From positions 744,001 through 808,000 of the forward strand of contig NW_027191454.1 in NCBI RefSeq assembly GCF_011745625.1: 64,000 bases of DNA, given 5' to 3'. The notes under the pieces were generated by a model, which was given only the letters and a program-made list of their open reading frames with translations, searched no databases and was not told where the DNA came from. Position 1 is the first letter of the stretch; every line of letters begins with the position of its first letter. This document shows, in pieces, positions 37,094-48,334 of the stretch. The translations under genes and the position numbers were made by a program. Source of the DNA: Cladosporium halotolerans (lineage: Eukaryota).

Positions 37094-38380
37094 GGTGGGC
37101 GCAGACGATGTTTGGTAGTCGTATGAGACGTCCTAGTGATGTAACGATTGTGCCGCTGACGCCTGATTGAATGTTCCGTAATTAAAAGTGCAAGGGGCGA
37201 GGTTGAAAGCGTGGCAGGAGTGGCTTGGTCAAAGGCAATTGTGAGGCACGCGAGCTGCTCGGTGTCCCAGAAGGTCCAAAGCTTTCGGTGTTTCGCGAAG
37301 CTTATCGATAAGCCCAAAAAGGTAGCGACCAATGAAAAGGCTCGAATGTATTCCAGAAAAACATGCTAAACATAACACCCCCATGCACTGATGCGTTTAG
37401 GGGAGACAAATGATGAGTCTGGGTTGTTCCTCAGCGACGCGGCAGAACATGGATCGGTTTTGGACTTGTTGGTACACCACGTCGAAGCGCAGATGACGAC
37501 AAAGGAAGCTTACAAGCTCCTCCACAAGAAATGTCGCCTATAGCCATACCTAGTCGCATGGCCATCTTCAAGTGTTCATGCTGCGATCAGTCCGTTCACA
37601 ATGCAAAGTTGCGAGCCGGTGGGTTCACTCTACAATCGCTTTTAGTGCCGTCAGAAAGACACGTGGAGCATCACAATGGCAACAGCACAGAAAATAGACA
37701 GAACGATTGAGATACGAGAATCTATTAAAACCAAGAGAAAACCTGCAGACGAGAGAAGCAATCGCTCCCCTCCTCGGCATCAGCCTCCAGCTTGCGTGAA
37801 GCCTAATCCGTCGCGTTCGTGTAAACCATTCTTCCATCAAATAGGGCGCTGCCAACAGCGCCAGAACCGCCATGGTCACGTCTACAGAGATGAAGCTGGT
37901 CCAGATGTGTCGTTCGTCATGCCGGGACAGGAAAGCGCCAGGAGGGAATTTGGACAGTACGGAATATGTTGGGTGGGGTCGTGTCGGGTGGTGGGGGGTC
38001 GCTGGTGGGTCTCCAGTGTAGGGTATCGGGTGTGGATGCGAAATTTTGGGATGCTTGTGCCAAAGTGTATTCGGCGAAGCCGGTCGGACGAGTTGGGCAT
38101 GGGATCGCTGGTGCAGGTGCAAATGAATGCTGTGCTGGATCGATGCTGGTGCTCGTGCTGGTTTTCGGGGGGTGGTGGTGCAGCGGCGGTTTCTCCGGTG
38201 TCTCGTCTCACTTGTCCTCCTCTGAAACGGACCTGGTACGTTCCATACCGCTATTGCTGCTTACTTACCTTGGCATGTCTGCGAAGGGGAATGTGGGATT
38301 GCTCTTCGGACCATGCGGCTGCAGCTTCGATATGCTCGCCAAGCGAGTAACAGCTGACTTCACTTCGTGAACACAGCTCT

Positions 38381-40102
38381 TTACATGTCCATGCTGTCTC
38401 CGCCGTTGGCGAAGTTGAAGTTCTGCTGCTGCTGCTGAGCGCCGAAGCCGAATTGGCCGTCCTGACCCTGCTGAGGAGCCATCTCGTTGACCTCAGCATC
38501 GCCCTCGTCATCGGAGAAGTACTTCTCGATGATGGTGTATGCCTTCATGTAGATCTCCTCATTGCTGTTGTTCTGGCAGTCGTGGATCTTCTCCATGCCA
38601 CCGCAATCCTCGATGAACAACGCGAACTTGTTGACAGCCTCGCCGTTGCCCTCCTGGGCCTCCTTGTCCATGTCACCGACCTTGAGAATGTTCTCGATAC
38701 CATCAAGAGCGACCTGGATGATCTTGTTGTCGGGGCAAGCCAGAAGCTCGCAAAGCGGTTTGATCGCACCCTGCTCGACGAGGAGGCGGATCTGATCGGG
38801 CTTCTGGAGGCCGCCGGAGGTGGCGTTGGAGATGGCCCAGCAAGCCTCCTTGCGGGTCTTGAAATCGCCGTTGCTGAGAAGATGGATAAGGGGAGGGAGA
38901 AGACCGTGGTCGATAACGGCCTGGATCTGAACGCTGTTGCCAGCAGTGATGTTGGAAATGGTCCAGCACGCCTCCTTGCGGATGCCGTCCTTGGTAGAGC
39001 CGAGCAGAGACAGAAGGGCGGGCAGGGCGCCGCAGTTGATGATGAGCTGGGTCTGGACATCGTCACCAGTAACAATGTTGCCGACAGAGCGGAGGGCGGG
39101 GGTCTGGACAGAGGTGGAGGCGTGCATCAGCAGCTCCACCAGGCGGCGGGGGATGTTGGCCTCGATGACGGCCTGGATCTTGTCGTTCGCACCGTCGGAG
39201 AGGTAAGAAATAGCCCAGCAGGCATCGATGAGAACCTCGTCGTCGAGGGAGTAGACGAGCTTGGCAAGAACGGGAAGAGCGGGAGCAATGGTGTTCCAGT
39301 CGGGCTGAGGGGTCTTGCCGCGGCAGAAGTTGCTGAGTGTCCAGGTAGCGTTCCTGAGCATGCTCAACTTCCTGCTGTCACCAAGGAGGCGGACAAGCGG
39401 AGCGAGCGCGCCCTGAGCGAGCACGTAATCCCTGCAGTGAGGGCTGTCACCAGCAATGTTACCCAGCGCCCAAACGGCCTGCTCCCGAACATCAGGCTCG
39501 GGGCTGCTGAGCAGCTCAACAAAGATGGGAACGGCGCCGGCCTCGATGACGACCTGAGTCTGCTGTGCGGAGCCAGAAGCAATGTTGGTAAGGGCCCAGG
39601 CGGCCTCGAACTGCACAAGAGTGTGCGGTGAGCGGAGGAACTCGACGAAACGGCTGACGACACCGGTCTCGATGACACGCTCGATGGGCGGGTTGCGCTC
39701 CTTCGAAAGCAGCTTGCGGAACTTGGTCGTAGCGGCAATCTGGTCATCAATTTTATCGGAGAAAACACCCTGGACCATAACAGGGAGGTCCTCGTTCAGC
39801 TGCGAATCTCGTCAGTGAATGTCCAAAAGCATCCCCTGTCTCCAAATCTTCAGATATCGACATACCGCACTCTCGGTGTTTGTGCCCTCATCGTCACTGT
39901 CCGGTGCCGCGCCGAGGGAAGCGCCAGGGCCGCCCTCGCCACGGCCACCAATGCCTCTCCTCTTGGCAAGGTTCTCCTCGCGCTTCTGCTTGCGGATCTC
40001 AACCTGCTGCTCCTCGCGACGGCGGCGCAGCTCATCGGGCTTGAAGGTGTTCTTGGCCTTGAAAGTCGTGCGACGGTGCTCGGGAATATAGCGGTCCGCC
40101 AT
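38381..40102 (-). CDS. kapA: Importin subunit alpha (Kap60/Srp1/KapA) (intron 39865-39800)
   Basis: IBB domain [29 protein letters not shown] repeats [40 protein letters not shown]. Confidence 0.96.
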
Positions 40103-40634
40103 GATGAATGTGTGATGTGTGGCCGGAAGAGCCTGTGCGTGTGCTTGTCTGGGGTGGCCGACACGTGGGTTCTCGGAGATGTCTTGGCGGGTTTTGTTGT
40201 AGAGCCCGGCAGATGTTGCTCGGTTGGTGTGTGGTTTGTGGCAGGGGGATGGGCGGCTTGGGAGAGAAGAAGTTAGGTCAAAAACAACAGCGTGACGAGA
40301 CTGGGAGTTCTGAGTAGTGGGGCTGCCTGAGCACGGACCCTGTGCAAAAGCCGCGCTGAATTCACATAACCTGGAATAATGCAGGTGAGCCGCTGCGCCA
40401 GTCACCTGCCGGCAGCCCTGCGCGCACTGTGGTCTCAGTCACGTTCCCATCATTCATTCCTGGCATTACAAGCTACATTATGTATCACATCTGTATCTGT
40501 CACATCTGTATGTGATGTCGTTGCCATTCCCTTTGATTTGACCCACCACCTATCGCCGAGATTTCAAGGCTAGCGAGAGATTGTTGCTATGCGTACGCCG
40601 CTAACACGGCCGCCGCCTCCCTAAATCAGCATGC

Positions 40635-43600
40635 CTAAGGCTGCACTCTGCCTTGATCATCACCTTCTCTTGTGTTGTAATGCGCGGAGGCTGCACTGCC
40701 TATGCTAGACGCAGGCGTCCCTTCACGCAATTCTTGGTCCTCAACATTAGCAATTGCTTTTGGCCAATCTTGGCCGCCCGTAGCAAGCGTAGCGTCCAGA
40801 TCAAGACCCTCGTTGAACCATCTTTCTCGCCGTGTTGTGCCCCGCTGACTACCCTCGAGAGCGCTTCTGGCGGCCCTCGTAGTACGTACGCGCTTTGCCT
40901 TGGGGCCATCGCCCATGATTTCACCCAGCCGGGCGCGCTGCTCTTCGAGTGATACATCATACTGCACAATCGACCGCACATAAGGTGCGAGGTCGAGGAC
41001 GATCGGCTCGAGTGGGCCGTCGAAAACAGACATTTCGAGGCCGCTGGCGTTGGAGCTGCTGGGTGGCGCAGAAATCGCATCGAAGCATACGAAACTCGAG
41101 CGGGCCAATGCAGGTTTGTTGCCTTTAGCGACATGTTGGATGCATCCGAGCAGATTCGACGGCTCCACGGTCCGGTTGACGGCAGTCGTCGGGCACAATG
41201 AGCGGCAAGCCAAAAGCGCCGAGCTGACTGCCAGTTTCGCAGGCATGTCGTTGTAGATCATTCTCTCGTTGCTTTCCAGCAAAGCCATGCCTTCAATGTA
41301 ATGCGATCGTGACTTCGCAGGGATTTCCGGCAATGAAGCATCCATGGTTGAGTGGGTCGAGTACACATCCATTGCGCTGAGGGCATCTGCCATCCTGCCC
41401 ATGTCTTTGAGCGATGATGGCACGCTGCTCAGTTGGGTTTCTTGACTCGATCCTCTTTCTGCTCTCCAGCCGATCAGAGTCGTTGGCTCAACGCCAAATT
41501 CATGCCAGGCAAGAAGCGCGGCGTCTTCATCGACCGTGGTCTCGGCTTGGACAAGGCCCATACCGTCCTGAAAAGTATCTTCACTGATGATCCGCAGCTT
41601 CCTGCCCCGCGCATCGACATCAGAACCAGGCGGGTATCTTTGGTAGATCCAGCTAAGCCCGCCCTTGGGATCGCCAACTCCCATTTGGCACCAAAAGTCG
41701 AGCTCTGAAATGGTCGCCCGCAAGTCAAAAATCTTGGACTCGAACAGTGAAGATACTGCGTCTCGTTTGAGAATATGCCCCTCCATGGCTGCAATCAGCA
41801 GCATGAGGTCGATTGACGGATCGGGCGATGGTGGCGCGAAGCGAAGTATCGCATGCAGTGACATGGCCTGCAAAGGTACCAAGTCCTCGTCATTGCAGGT
41901 CATGATGAACGGTCGCTTCGAGGATGCCAATAATTTGAATACCGTCGTCCAGAAATCCTTATCTTCTCTGAACAAGATGTCGACTTCTTCAAGCAGGATT
42001 AGCGATTGCTGTTGGTCTTTAGTAGGCTGCTTGAGTGCTTTTTGCAGCTTCTCGATCGTCTGGGTCTTCTGTGCCGTCACCTTTGGTTCCACTGGTTTTG
42101 CAGCAGGCTGTTTCTTGAAGAAAGCACTCATTTTGCCTTGACGGCCGCTTTCCAGATCTTTCTGGAAAGCCGCGTCCATCTGGCTTCGATCTTCAGACGC
42201 AGAGAGCTCGCCTGGATTAACGCCGTGGTGCCTCACGATGTGATTCTCAGTCATGTCTCCCACTCTGTCAACGACATCACGCCCACTACGTCGCTCAGCT
42301 GAACTGATCTCGAAGATCTGGAAACCAAGTTCTCTTGCCACCGCATAGGCAGCGGCCGTCTTGCCGCATCCGTGAGTCCCGCTCAAGAGCACAGCATTGC
42401 TGACTTTAACGCCATTCGATGTTTGGACCATCGACTTGAGTTGGCGTTGTCCTAGCGGCTCGTCCAACTCTACGAATTTAGGTTGAGAGTCCATGCCTTG
42501 CAGATCGGCATCGTCGTCTACAAGGAAGTCATCCAACTCGTCGTTTTGACGTCGTCGCTTCTTCTTAGCCTTCGCAGCAGGCTTGCTGGCTGGCTTCGCA
42601 GAAGGCACTGCTTCAACAGCATTAATGGTCAGAGACTTGAGCCAGTCTCTTAGGGCGGCCATTTCGCTGATTGGCTGCAGAACCTCGTCCGCTGTTGTGG
42701 GTGCATACTTGCTTGTCCAGCTTTGCATCTCACCTCTACAGTGATCGAAGGCCGAAAGACACTCGGGAAGACAATCGTACAGTCTTTGCACGCCAGGATG
42801 AACCGTCTTTGGTGTGTTTGTCGAAAGCATCAATTCATCTTCGTCCGGGTCACGCAAAGGTGCTCTCAGTTCAGGAAAGACACGGCTTCTGAGATACTCG
42901 CCCGATAGCAGCAGTTGTTTAGGCAGTCGCAAGTCGTGGCGAGGGCCGGCGAAGCCATCCGACCGTTGTTCAGGTTCCGGCTCGGGGTTTAGTGTGCTTG
43001 TGAATATGTTCAGGACAGACTCGCGGGGATTCATTGGCTGTGTGAACTGCTTCCGCTTGCGCTTGCTTACTGATTGTAGATCGTGATGGATTTGAAAATG
43101 TTCGTCAAGCCCACGCACGTGAGCTTGAACTCTGTCAGGCCATGCGGGATCCTTCGCTCCAGGATGTTTTACCATAAGGCGATCCTTCAGCAGAGCCGAT
43201 CCGACAGCGTAAGGAACTTCTTTCGTGGACTCGAATGTGCGCTCCTGAAACGCCTGGTTGCGGAGCTTTCCTGGAGTTGATGCAGACGCCTTGCGAGGTG
43301 ATTCCAGCTTCATCGCAGGCTTTTCGGCTGGCTTGCCGCTGAAGAATGGATGTGTTGGCTTTGCTGATTTTGTCTTTCTGTTCGTCTTCTGCTTCTTCTG
43401 GCTCGCCGCGGGCTGTGGTATCCGCTCTTCACCATTGCAAACCCGCTCAATCAGCACCCCGATATGCCTTCCACTTTCCTCTCCATCTTCTTTCGCATAC
43501 TGCAAAACCACGATGCGAGACTTTGGCGGAGCTGGCTCCTTTGCTTTCCGAGGACGCCCTCGCCTCTTCGTCTCTGTGTCCGATTGTTTTCCATCTTCTT

Positions 43601-44299
43601 TCCCTTTCCCGCCAGGAGAGCTCAGCTTTCCTCCCGCGTTGAGCTTCATCATCTTTTTCGGCGGCGTCTTGGGCCCTGGCAAGGAAATTGTAGGCTCGGC
43701 ATGATGGGCGCTGGTAGCCTCCATGTTTGAGGGTGGAATGACCACATGTGGTGAGGGTGGTCCGATTGCCGTGTTGGAAGCCTCAGCATCGGACCTGCCT
43801 GCGACTGAATACCCGTCCGTCTGAAGGTTATTGTCATTGCCGCCGTTGTAGGAGGCGTGTGAGTTCGTACGCCGGCGTTTCCGACGGCCATGATCCGCGT
43901 ACTCGTCCAATGTCCCTTCCTCTTGATGTTTGTCGGCTGCTGAGGGCAGATATGAATTTGGTATCTCCGCAGCTGGATTTAGTATCTCGGCCAGAGTCTT
44001 TTGACCCTGTGCTTTACCGGCATCCTGTTTCGGCTTCCTGCTTCTCGGAGCTCCCTTGGGCTTCAATTGTGTGGTAGATTCACCCGTCTCTTTCGCATCT
44101 TCGTGTGCGTTGGCATCAACACCTGTATTCTCATGCATCTGCTCATCCCCATGATGTTCACGGCTCACTATTGGTTGGCAGCCTTGTAAAGTCAGATCTG
44201 TACCATCAGCCTAAGAATTCAGAACATACCATTCGGCCGAGTGAAGAAAGGATGCAAAGCATTGCCACTGTCATTTTGCAAGTTCATGACAGCAGCCAT
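40635..44299 (-). CDS. elg1: Elg1/ATAD5-type RFC-like AAA+ PCNA unloader (first exon 44299-44230; intron 44229 to 44183 or 44168)
   Basis: WTSKYAP, Walker A GTHGCGKTAAAYAVA, SLILLEEVDILF, SKRPFIMTCND; HPFF motifs; both candidate acceptors are in frame. Confidence 0.87.
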
Positions 44300-44407
44300 G
44301 AGCCCTCACGACACGTGGTATCCCCAGTCCTCCACAGTCGTGCAATCGCTGAGCGTAGCCAAAATCGCCGCCCTCTTTAAAGTGCCGTTCACTGAAGCCA
44401 ATAAACG

Positions 44408-44439
44408 ACGCGTCTATTCCCCAGCATCACGTCACGCGT
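44408..44439. promoter_or_regulatory. Two MluI cell-cycle boxes (ACGCGT) in the elg1/utp8 divergent promoter
   Basis: ACGCGT at 44408-44413 and 44434-44439, about 110-140 bp upstream of the elg1 ATG. Confidence 0.55.
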
Positions 44440-44608
44440 TCGCGCAGTGCTAGCGGCGGGCGGCTGACGGTGACACCCGTTCGGCCCGTGAACTCTCCAG
44501 CTCGCCAAGGCCGAGGACCTGCAGCGCGCTGGAACTTTGGAGCAGAAAGTTTTGGGCGTCTTGAGGACGAAGAGCTTGAAGCAATTAAGGCACGACGTGC
44601 TTACAAAG

Positions 44609-47260
44609 ATGAGCGTGATGGAGGCGCCGTACACGATTGCCTCGCTACCCAAGCCTCTGGACGCTGAAAATGGCAACATTTATGCATCCCCAGTCTACAG
44701 TTTCCGCGGCCTCAAGAAGAGAAAGCGGCACGAGGTTGTCGTCGGGGTCGACGGAGAGAGCTTGAACATCTACAATGTACGAGTGCCAGGAAACAGTGCG
44801 CACAAAATTCATGCTCACAATCGACAGGTTCAATCGCAATCAGTCGTCGCGTCGTACGCAATCCCGCCCCAGTCGCATCTTTGCTGCCCGCCTTCCTCGG
44901 TCTACCTTCGAAGAAACGGAGACGCCCCGGCCGAGAGACACACATATGCTGCGCTGAAGGATGCACGCACGCAATCGAAATGTAGGATTGTTCGCTTTGT
45001 TGAGCGCATTGGTGAGGGTGCAAGTTTTGCTGCACCCATAAAGAGCGAGGTAAAGCTGCAGCATGCGCCTTTCGCACTCGAAGCGCTGCCGCCTGCCACC
45101 GAGGGTGTAGCGCCGACCACACAACTTCTCGTCTCTTACCACGACGGTACTGTGGACTGTATCACTCCAGACGGTGGTCGCATCGACTGGAAGTACACCG
45201 GAGATGGCATCACAACCCAGCAGGTCGAGCAGGCTACAACGGTGGACTTTGATACTGCCAGGAAGGGTATCTTGAAAGAACGCCAGGATCTTGCCACTGC
45301 TGTATCCGCGTCGATATCCGGATCATCGCTACTCTTCATGCGCATCGCACGTACGAAGAAGGAGGCTGCTTTGCAAATCTTCAAAGTCCGCAACGCTTCC
45401 CTTCAGCAAGCCGGTAGCTCTATGTCTGGACTGGACTTTCTCGAATCAATTGTCCTTCCAGAAAGCTCGAGGGAGTCTTCGGACGAGACTGCGTGGGAGG
45501 TGCATGCTGCGACCGGACAGATCACTCAACTATCGGGCGGCCGTTTGACTATCTACGATTTGACTACGCTCAGTCCTCGCATCCAAGTCCGACTTGGTAA
45601 CAGCACCGAGCCAATCATCTCTTCTACACGCACATCGACATCTACCATTTTGACTATCAGCACTGGCGCTGCAAAACTCTACGAATCAAGATTCGGCTCC
45701 ATGCAAGCATCAGTGCCCCTGAGCTCATCCTCCACTGCTGGGCAAAGCAAAAAGCGCAAACGCGAAACCAGTTCAGACGTTGATGATGGCGTACGGGTTG
45801 TTTCCAGCTTCTCCGATGTCGGACTTGTCGCTGCCATTGATGGCACTCAGCTCATTTCCTTCCAAATCAGCGGCGAAACCAGGGAAACAAAGCGAGGCCG
45901 AGCCGCTGGTTCTTCCTTGATTGACGCGATTGGGAAAGCTTCGCGTACAAGCTCCGAGCCTTCCTCGGCTGCAGGAAATCAATGGGAACACTGGAAGGCG
46001 AACGTGAAGAGGCTAGCAGACGCGAGTGATGTGGATGCCCTGGAAGAATTTCTTGTCAAAGATCTCGCTTTGGTCGCGACAGGCGGAGGTGATTCGGAAG
46101 ACGACGTTTTTCAGCTTTCGACGGAATCATTCGACCCAAACAACGTCGATAGGCAGAAGGCTTTGTACTTGCTTGGTGTGATATTCGCAAAACCTGGGGA
46201 GGCCAACAACCTGGCGCTTGCGGTACGCTCACCTATCATCATTCAGTGGCTCGCTTTGGCTGGCTTCTTGACTGCGGACTACCTTTCCAAGACCTTCCAA
46301 AAGCCTGTCGGTGTAGGTGAGCTTGCGCGTGCGCTCGGTACGGCTGACGAGAGCTTCGAGCTGCTCCACGATTTGATCGAGTTGCCCGTTTTCTTCGAGG
46401 TCGAAGAAGTGGTCGAGGCGCTGAAGATTGTCATCGAGTCGCTTGACACGCCTTCATCCGATATTTCTCAGCTCGCTCTACCTCCGCCAGCGCCCACTGA
46501 TGCGGACATGGACATGGACCTAGGGGATGCTGACTCCAATTTCGAAGTCGAGACTCGCGCCGCTGAGAAGGAGCTTCACCACGCTTTCTCCGCCCTTCAA
46601 AACGGACTCGAAGTGCGAAGCCAGTCTCTCCGCCTCATTTTTGCCCGGCTGCGCTCGTTCTCACAGAAAGCTGTGAAGGCCGCCCTGCGCGAACGCTTGT
46701 CCCAGAAGGAACTGGTCTTCTTCATCCAGGTGCTCCGTATCGAGCTCGCGGAAGGTGGATGGACATCGCGCTACATCGATGTCGGCAACGACGAGTTCGC
46801 CAACCGCATCGAAGCCAGCGACAAGCAGCCTGGCAGCACCGCCGAGCATGTCAAGGGCCCATCTGATCAAGCCATTCGCCACATCGGTCAGCTTTTGATG
46901 TGCGCCATCGACGCAATCAGCACCAGCGGCTGGCTCGTCGGCCTAAGCGGCAACGTCGACACCACACAGGAGATCCTGGATAGCGTCCGGGCCGAAGTTT
47001 CCGCCAGCCTCGAGGGTTGCATCGAAGCAAAGACTCTCGAGCGTCTTCTCGCCGAGCTTGAAAAGTATGCCGACGACGCCGCGAAGGCAGGCATCTCCGC
47101 CGTCCCCGCCGACGACCTTGAGGCGTCTGCTCTGCCTCTGGGCTGTCGCGTTGAGGGACCTAGGAGGAGCACTAAGGAAGGCAAGAAAAGCAAGCTGGAT
47201 ATTGCGAGGGAGAAGGATCTGAGGGTCGGCAAGTACTCGATCGATAGGATCCGCATTTGA
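44609..47260 (+). CDS. Probable SSU-processome subunit Utp8-like (in-frame intron 44777-44827)
   Basis: PYTIASLPKPL start, beta-propeller-like N-half, KKRKR NLS motifs, C-terminal VGKYSIDRI as in the Utp8/NOL11 family. Confidence 0.7.
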   Translation: MSVMEAPYTIASLPKPLDAENGNIYASPVYSFRGLKKRKRHEVVVGVDGESLNIYNVRVPGNSAHKIHAHNRQVQSQSVVASYAIPPQSHLCCPPSSVYLRRNGDAPAERHTYAALKDARTQSKCRIVRFVERIGEGASFAAPIKSEVKLQHAPFALEALPPATEGVAPTTQLLVSYHDGTVDCITPDGGRIDWKYTGDGITTQQVEQATTVDFDTARKGILKERQDLATAVSASISGSSLLFMRIARTKKEAALQIFKVRNASLQQAGSSMSGLDFLESIVLPESSRESSDETAWEVHAATGQITQLSGGRLTIYDLTTLSPRIQVRLGNSTEPIISSTRTSTSTILTISTGAAKLYESRFGSMQASVPLSSSSTAGQSKKRKRETSSDVDDGVRVVSSFSDVGLVAAIDGTQLISFQISGETRETKRGRAAGSSLIDAIGKASRTSSEPSSAAGNQWEHWKANVKRLADASDVDALEEFLVKDLALVATGGGDSEDDVFQLSTESFDPNNVDRQKALYLLGVIFAKPGEANNLALAVRSPIIIQWLALAGFLTADYLSKTFQKPVGVGELARALGTADESFELLHDLIELPVFFEVEEVVEALKIVIESLDTPSSDISQLALPPPAPTDADMDMDLGDADSNFEVETRAAEKELHHAFSALQNGLEVRSQSLRLIFARLRSFSQKAVKAALRERLSQKELVFFIQVLRIELAEGGWTSRYIDVGNDEFANRIEASDKQPGSTAEHVKGPSDQAIRHIGQLLMCAIDAISTSGWLVGLSGNVDTTQEILDSVRAEVSASLEGCIEAKTLERLLAELEKYADDAAKAGISAVPADDLEASALPLGCRVEGPRRSTKEGKKSKLDIAREKDLRVGKYSIDRIRI

Positions 47261-47444
47261 TAGTAGCCCGAATGGGGAGGCTGTAATTTACAAATTGTAC
47301 AACATTCTGTGGTCTTCAGCTCGTTTACGGTGTTTGGCACCGCCGTTCCTACCACCCAATATTCTTTCGGTTACAATCACGGGTTGCGATTTCATGATTT
47401 CTCGACAGGGTGTAACCTTTCGATGTCGGCGATACACGCAATCG

Positions 47445-47905
47445 ATGGGCGCGGCCGTTAGCTTAGGATCAGGGTTGGGGTTACCATAGGTCATCGAAGG
47501 GTACTACGAATGTTCACACTTCACGCCGTCCTATAGCAGATTAACCAAGGATCATCTTCCATGGAGAGGCGCAATCGATATCCTGTTGCCCTTTATCACA
47601 AGTAAATACCATTGTTGAGCTAGATAGATCTTGTCACGTTCCCAATTGCAGCTCCCAGGTCGAAGAGTATTGTGGGTTTTAATCAAGTTGCAAGCTCAAA
47701 GTCAATCGTTTCTCAAAGATTATAACCTCAGGATGTGGAATTCGCCAGCAAATCGCGAATGTCTCACTTATTACTTCCAAGCGATCAATTGATCCATATC
47801 TTGAGCATCTCATCATATAAATTTTGAGTGATAGTACTCAGTAAGGACGAGAAAAGCGGTACCCCAACCCTAACCCTATCAGCATCGCCCTAACCCCAAC
47901 GCCCT
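47445..47905. repeat. Imperfect inverted repeat built from degenerate telomeric hexamers flanking about 370 bp of AT-richer spacer
   Basis: Left arm TTAGGATCAGGGTTGGGGTTACC (47463-47485); right arm GGTACCCCAACCCTAACCCTA...CCCTAACCCCAA (47858-47899), whose reverse complement TAGGGTTAGGGTTGGGGTACC matches the left arm. Confidence 0.6.
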
Positions 47906-48334
47906 TCTCAGAAAGCCGGCCCTGGAATTTCTGGCACGAGTCTCGCTCCGCAGCCTACCCTTCGTGGTAGGGTAGTACCCACTCGCGCGTTCACATCTTC
48001 GACTTAGTTCACGCTGGCCGCCGACTACTTCAAGATCCTTGATGCCCGATGCGGACATGTCGTCACTTTCAGGCCGGTGCCTCTCGACCCCGCTCATGAT
48101 GCTGGAGAACGACGATCGTCAGCGCTCGATGTCACCTTGTCGATGCTACACCGAGGCGGCACAGGTCGGCTACATGCACAAAGCATCATTTGAGCTAAGC
48201 ATTGGCTAAGAGAACGAAGCTATTCTTATGGTCTCCACCGATGTCTTGGAGCTCGTGCAGCTGAGGTCGCGAAGAGATCGTATAAAATCTTACTGTGATC
48301 CTCTGTCCAATATGTCAAGCACGAAAGGAAATAT

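Noticed and set aside
37094..38380. ORFs of 109-224 aa between edc3 and importin-alpha
   Set aside because: Low-complexity translations without coding-like bias; most likely importin-alpha 3'UTR and edc3 promoter
38453..39631. 392-aa antisense ORF over importin-alpha (similar cases: 21512-22147, 29533-30375, 49300-50067, 58042-58767)
   Set aside because: Shadow ORFs caused by strong C/G third-position bias in the genes on the opposite strand; no domain signal
40485..40511. Short direct repeat TCACATCTGTA x2
   Set aside because: Only two copies, in the elg1 3' region; probably slippage or a terminator-type sequence
47858..47899. CAACCCTAACCCTA as a telomerase RNA template
   Set aside because: Filamentous-fungal telomerase RNAs are long (kilobase scale) with much sequence 3' of the template. 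Only about 450 bp remain before the GH92 start, and the motif is better explained as one arm of an inverted repeat.
32323..47905. A functional telomere cluster (pot1, elg1, telomere-like repeat)
   Set aside because: The genes are interspersed with unrelated housekeeping genes and nothing in the sequence links them
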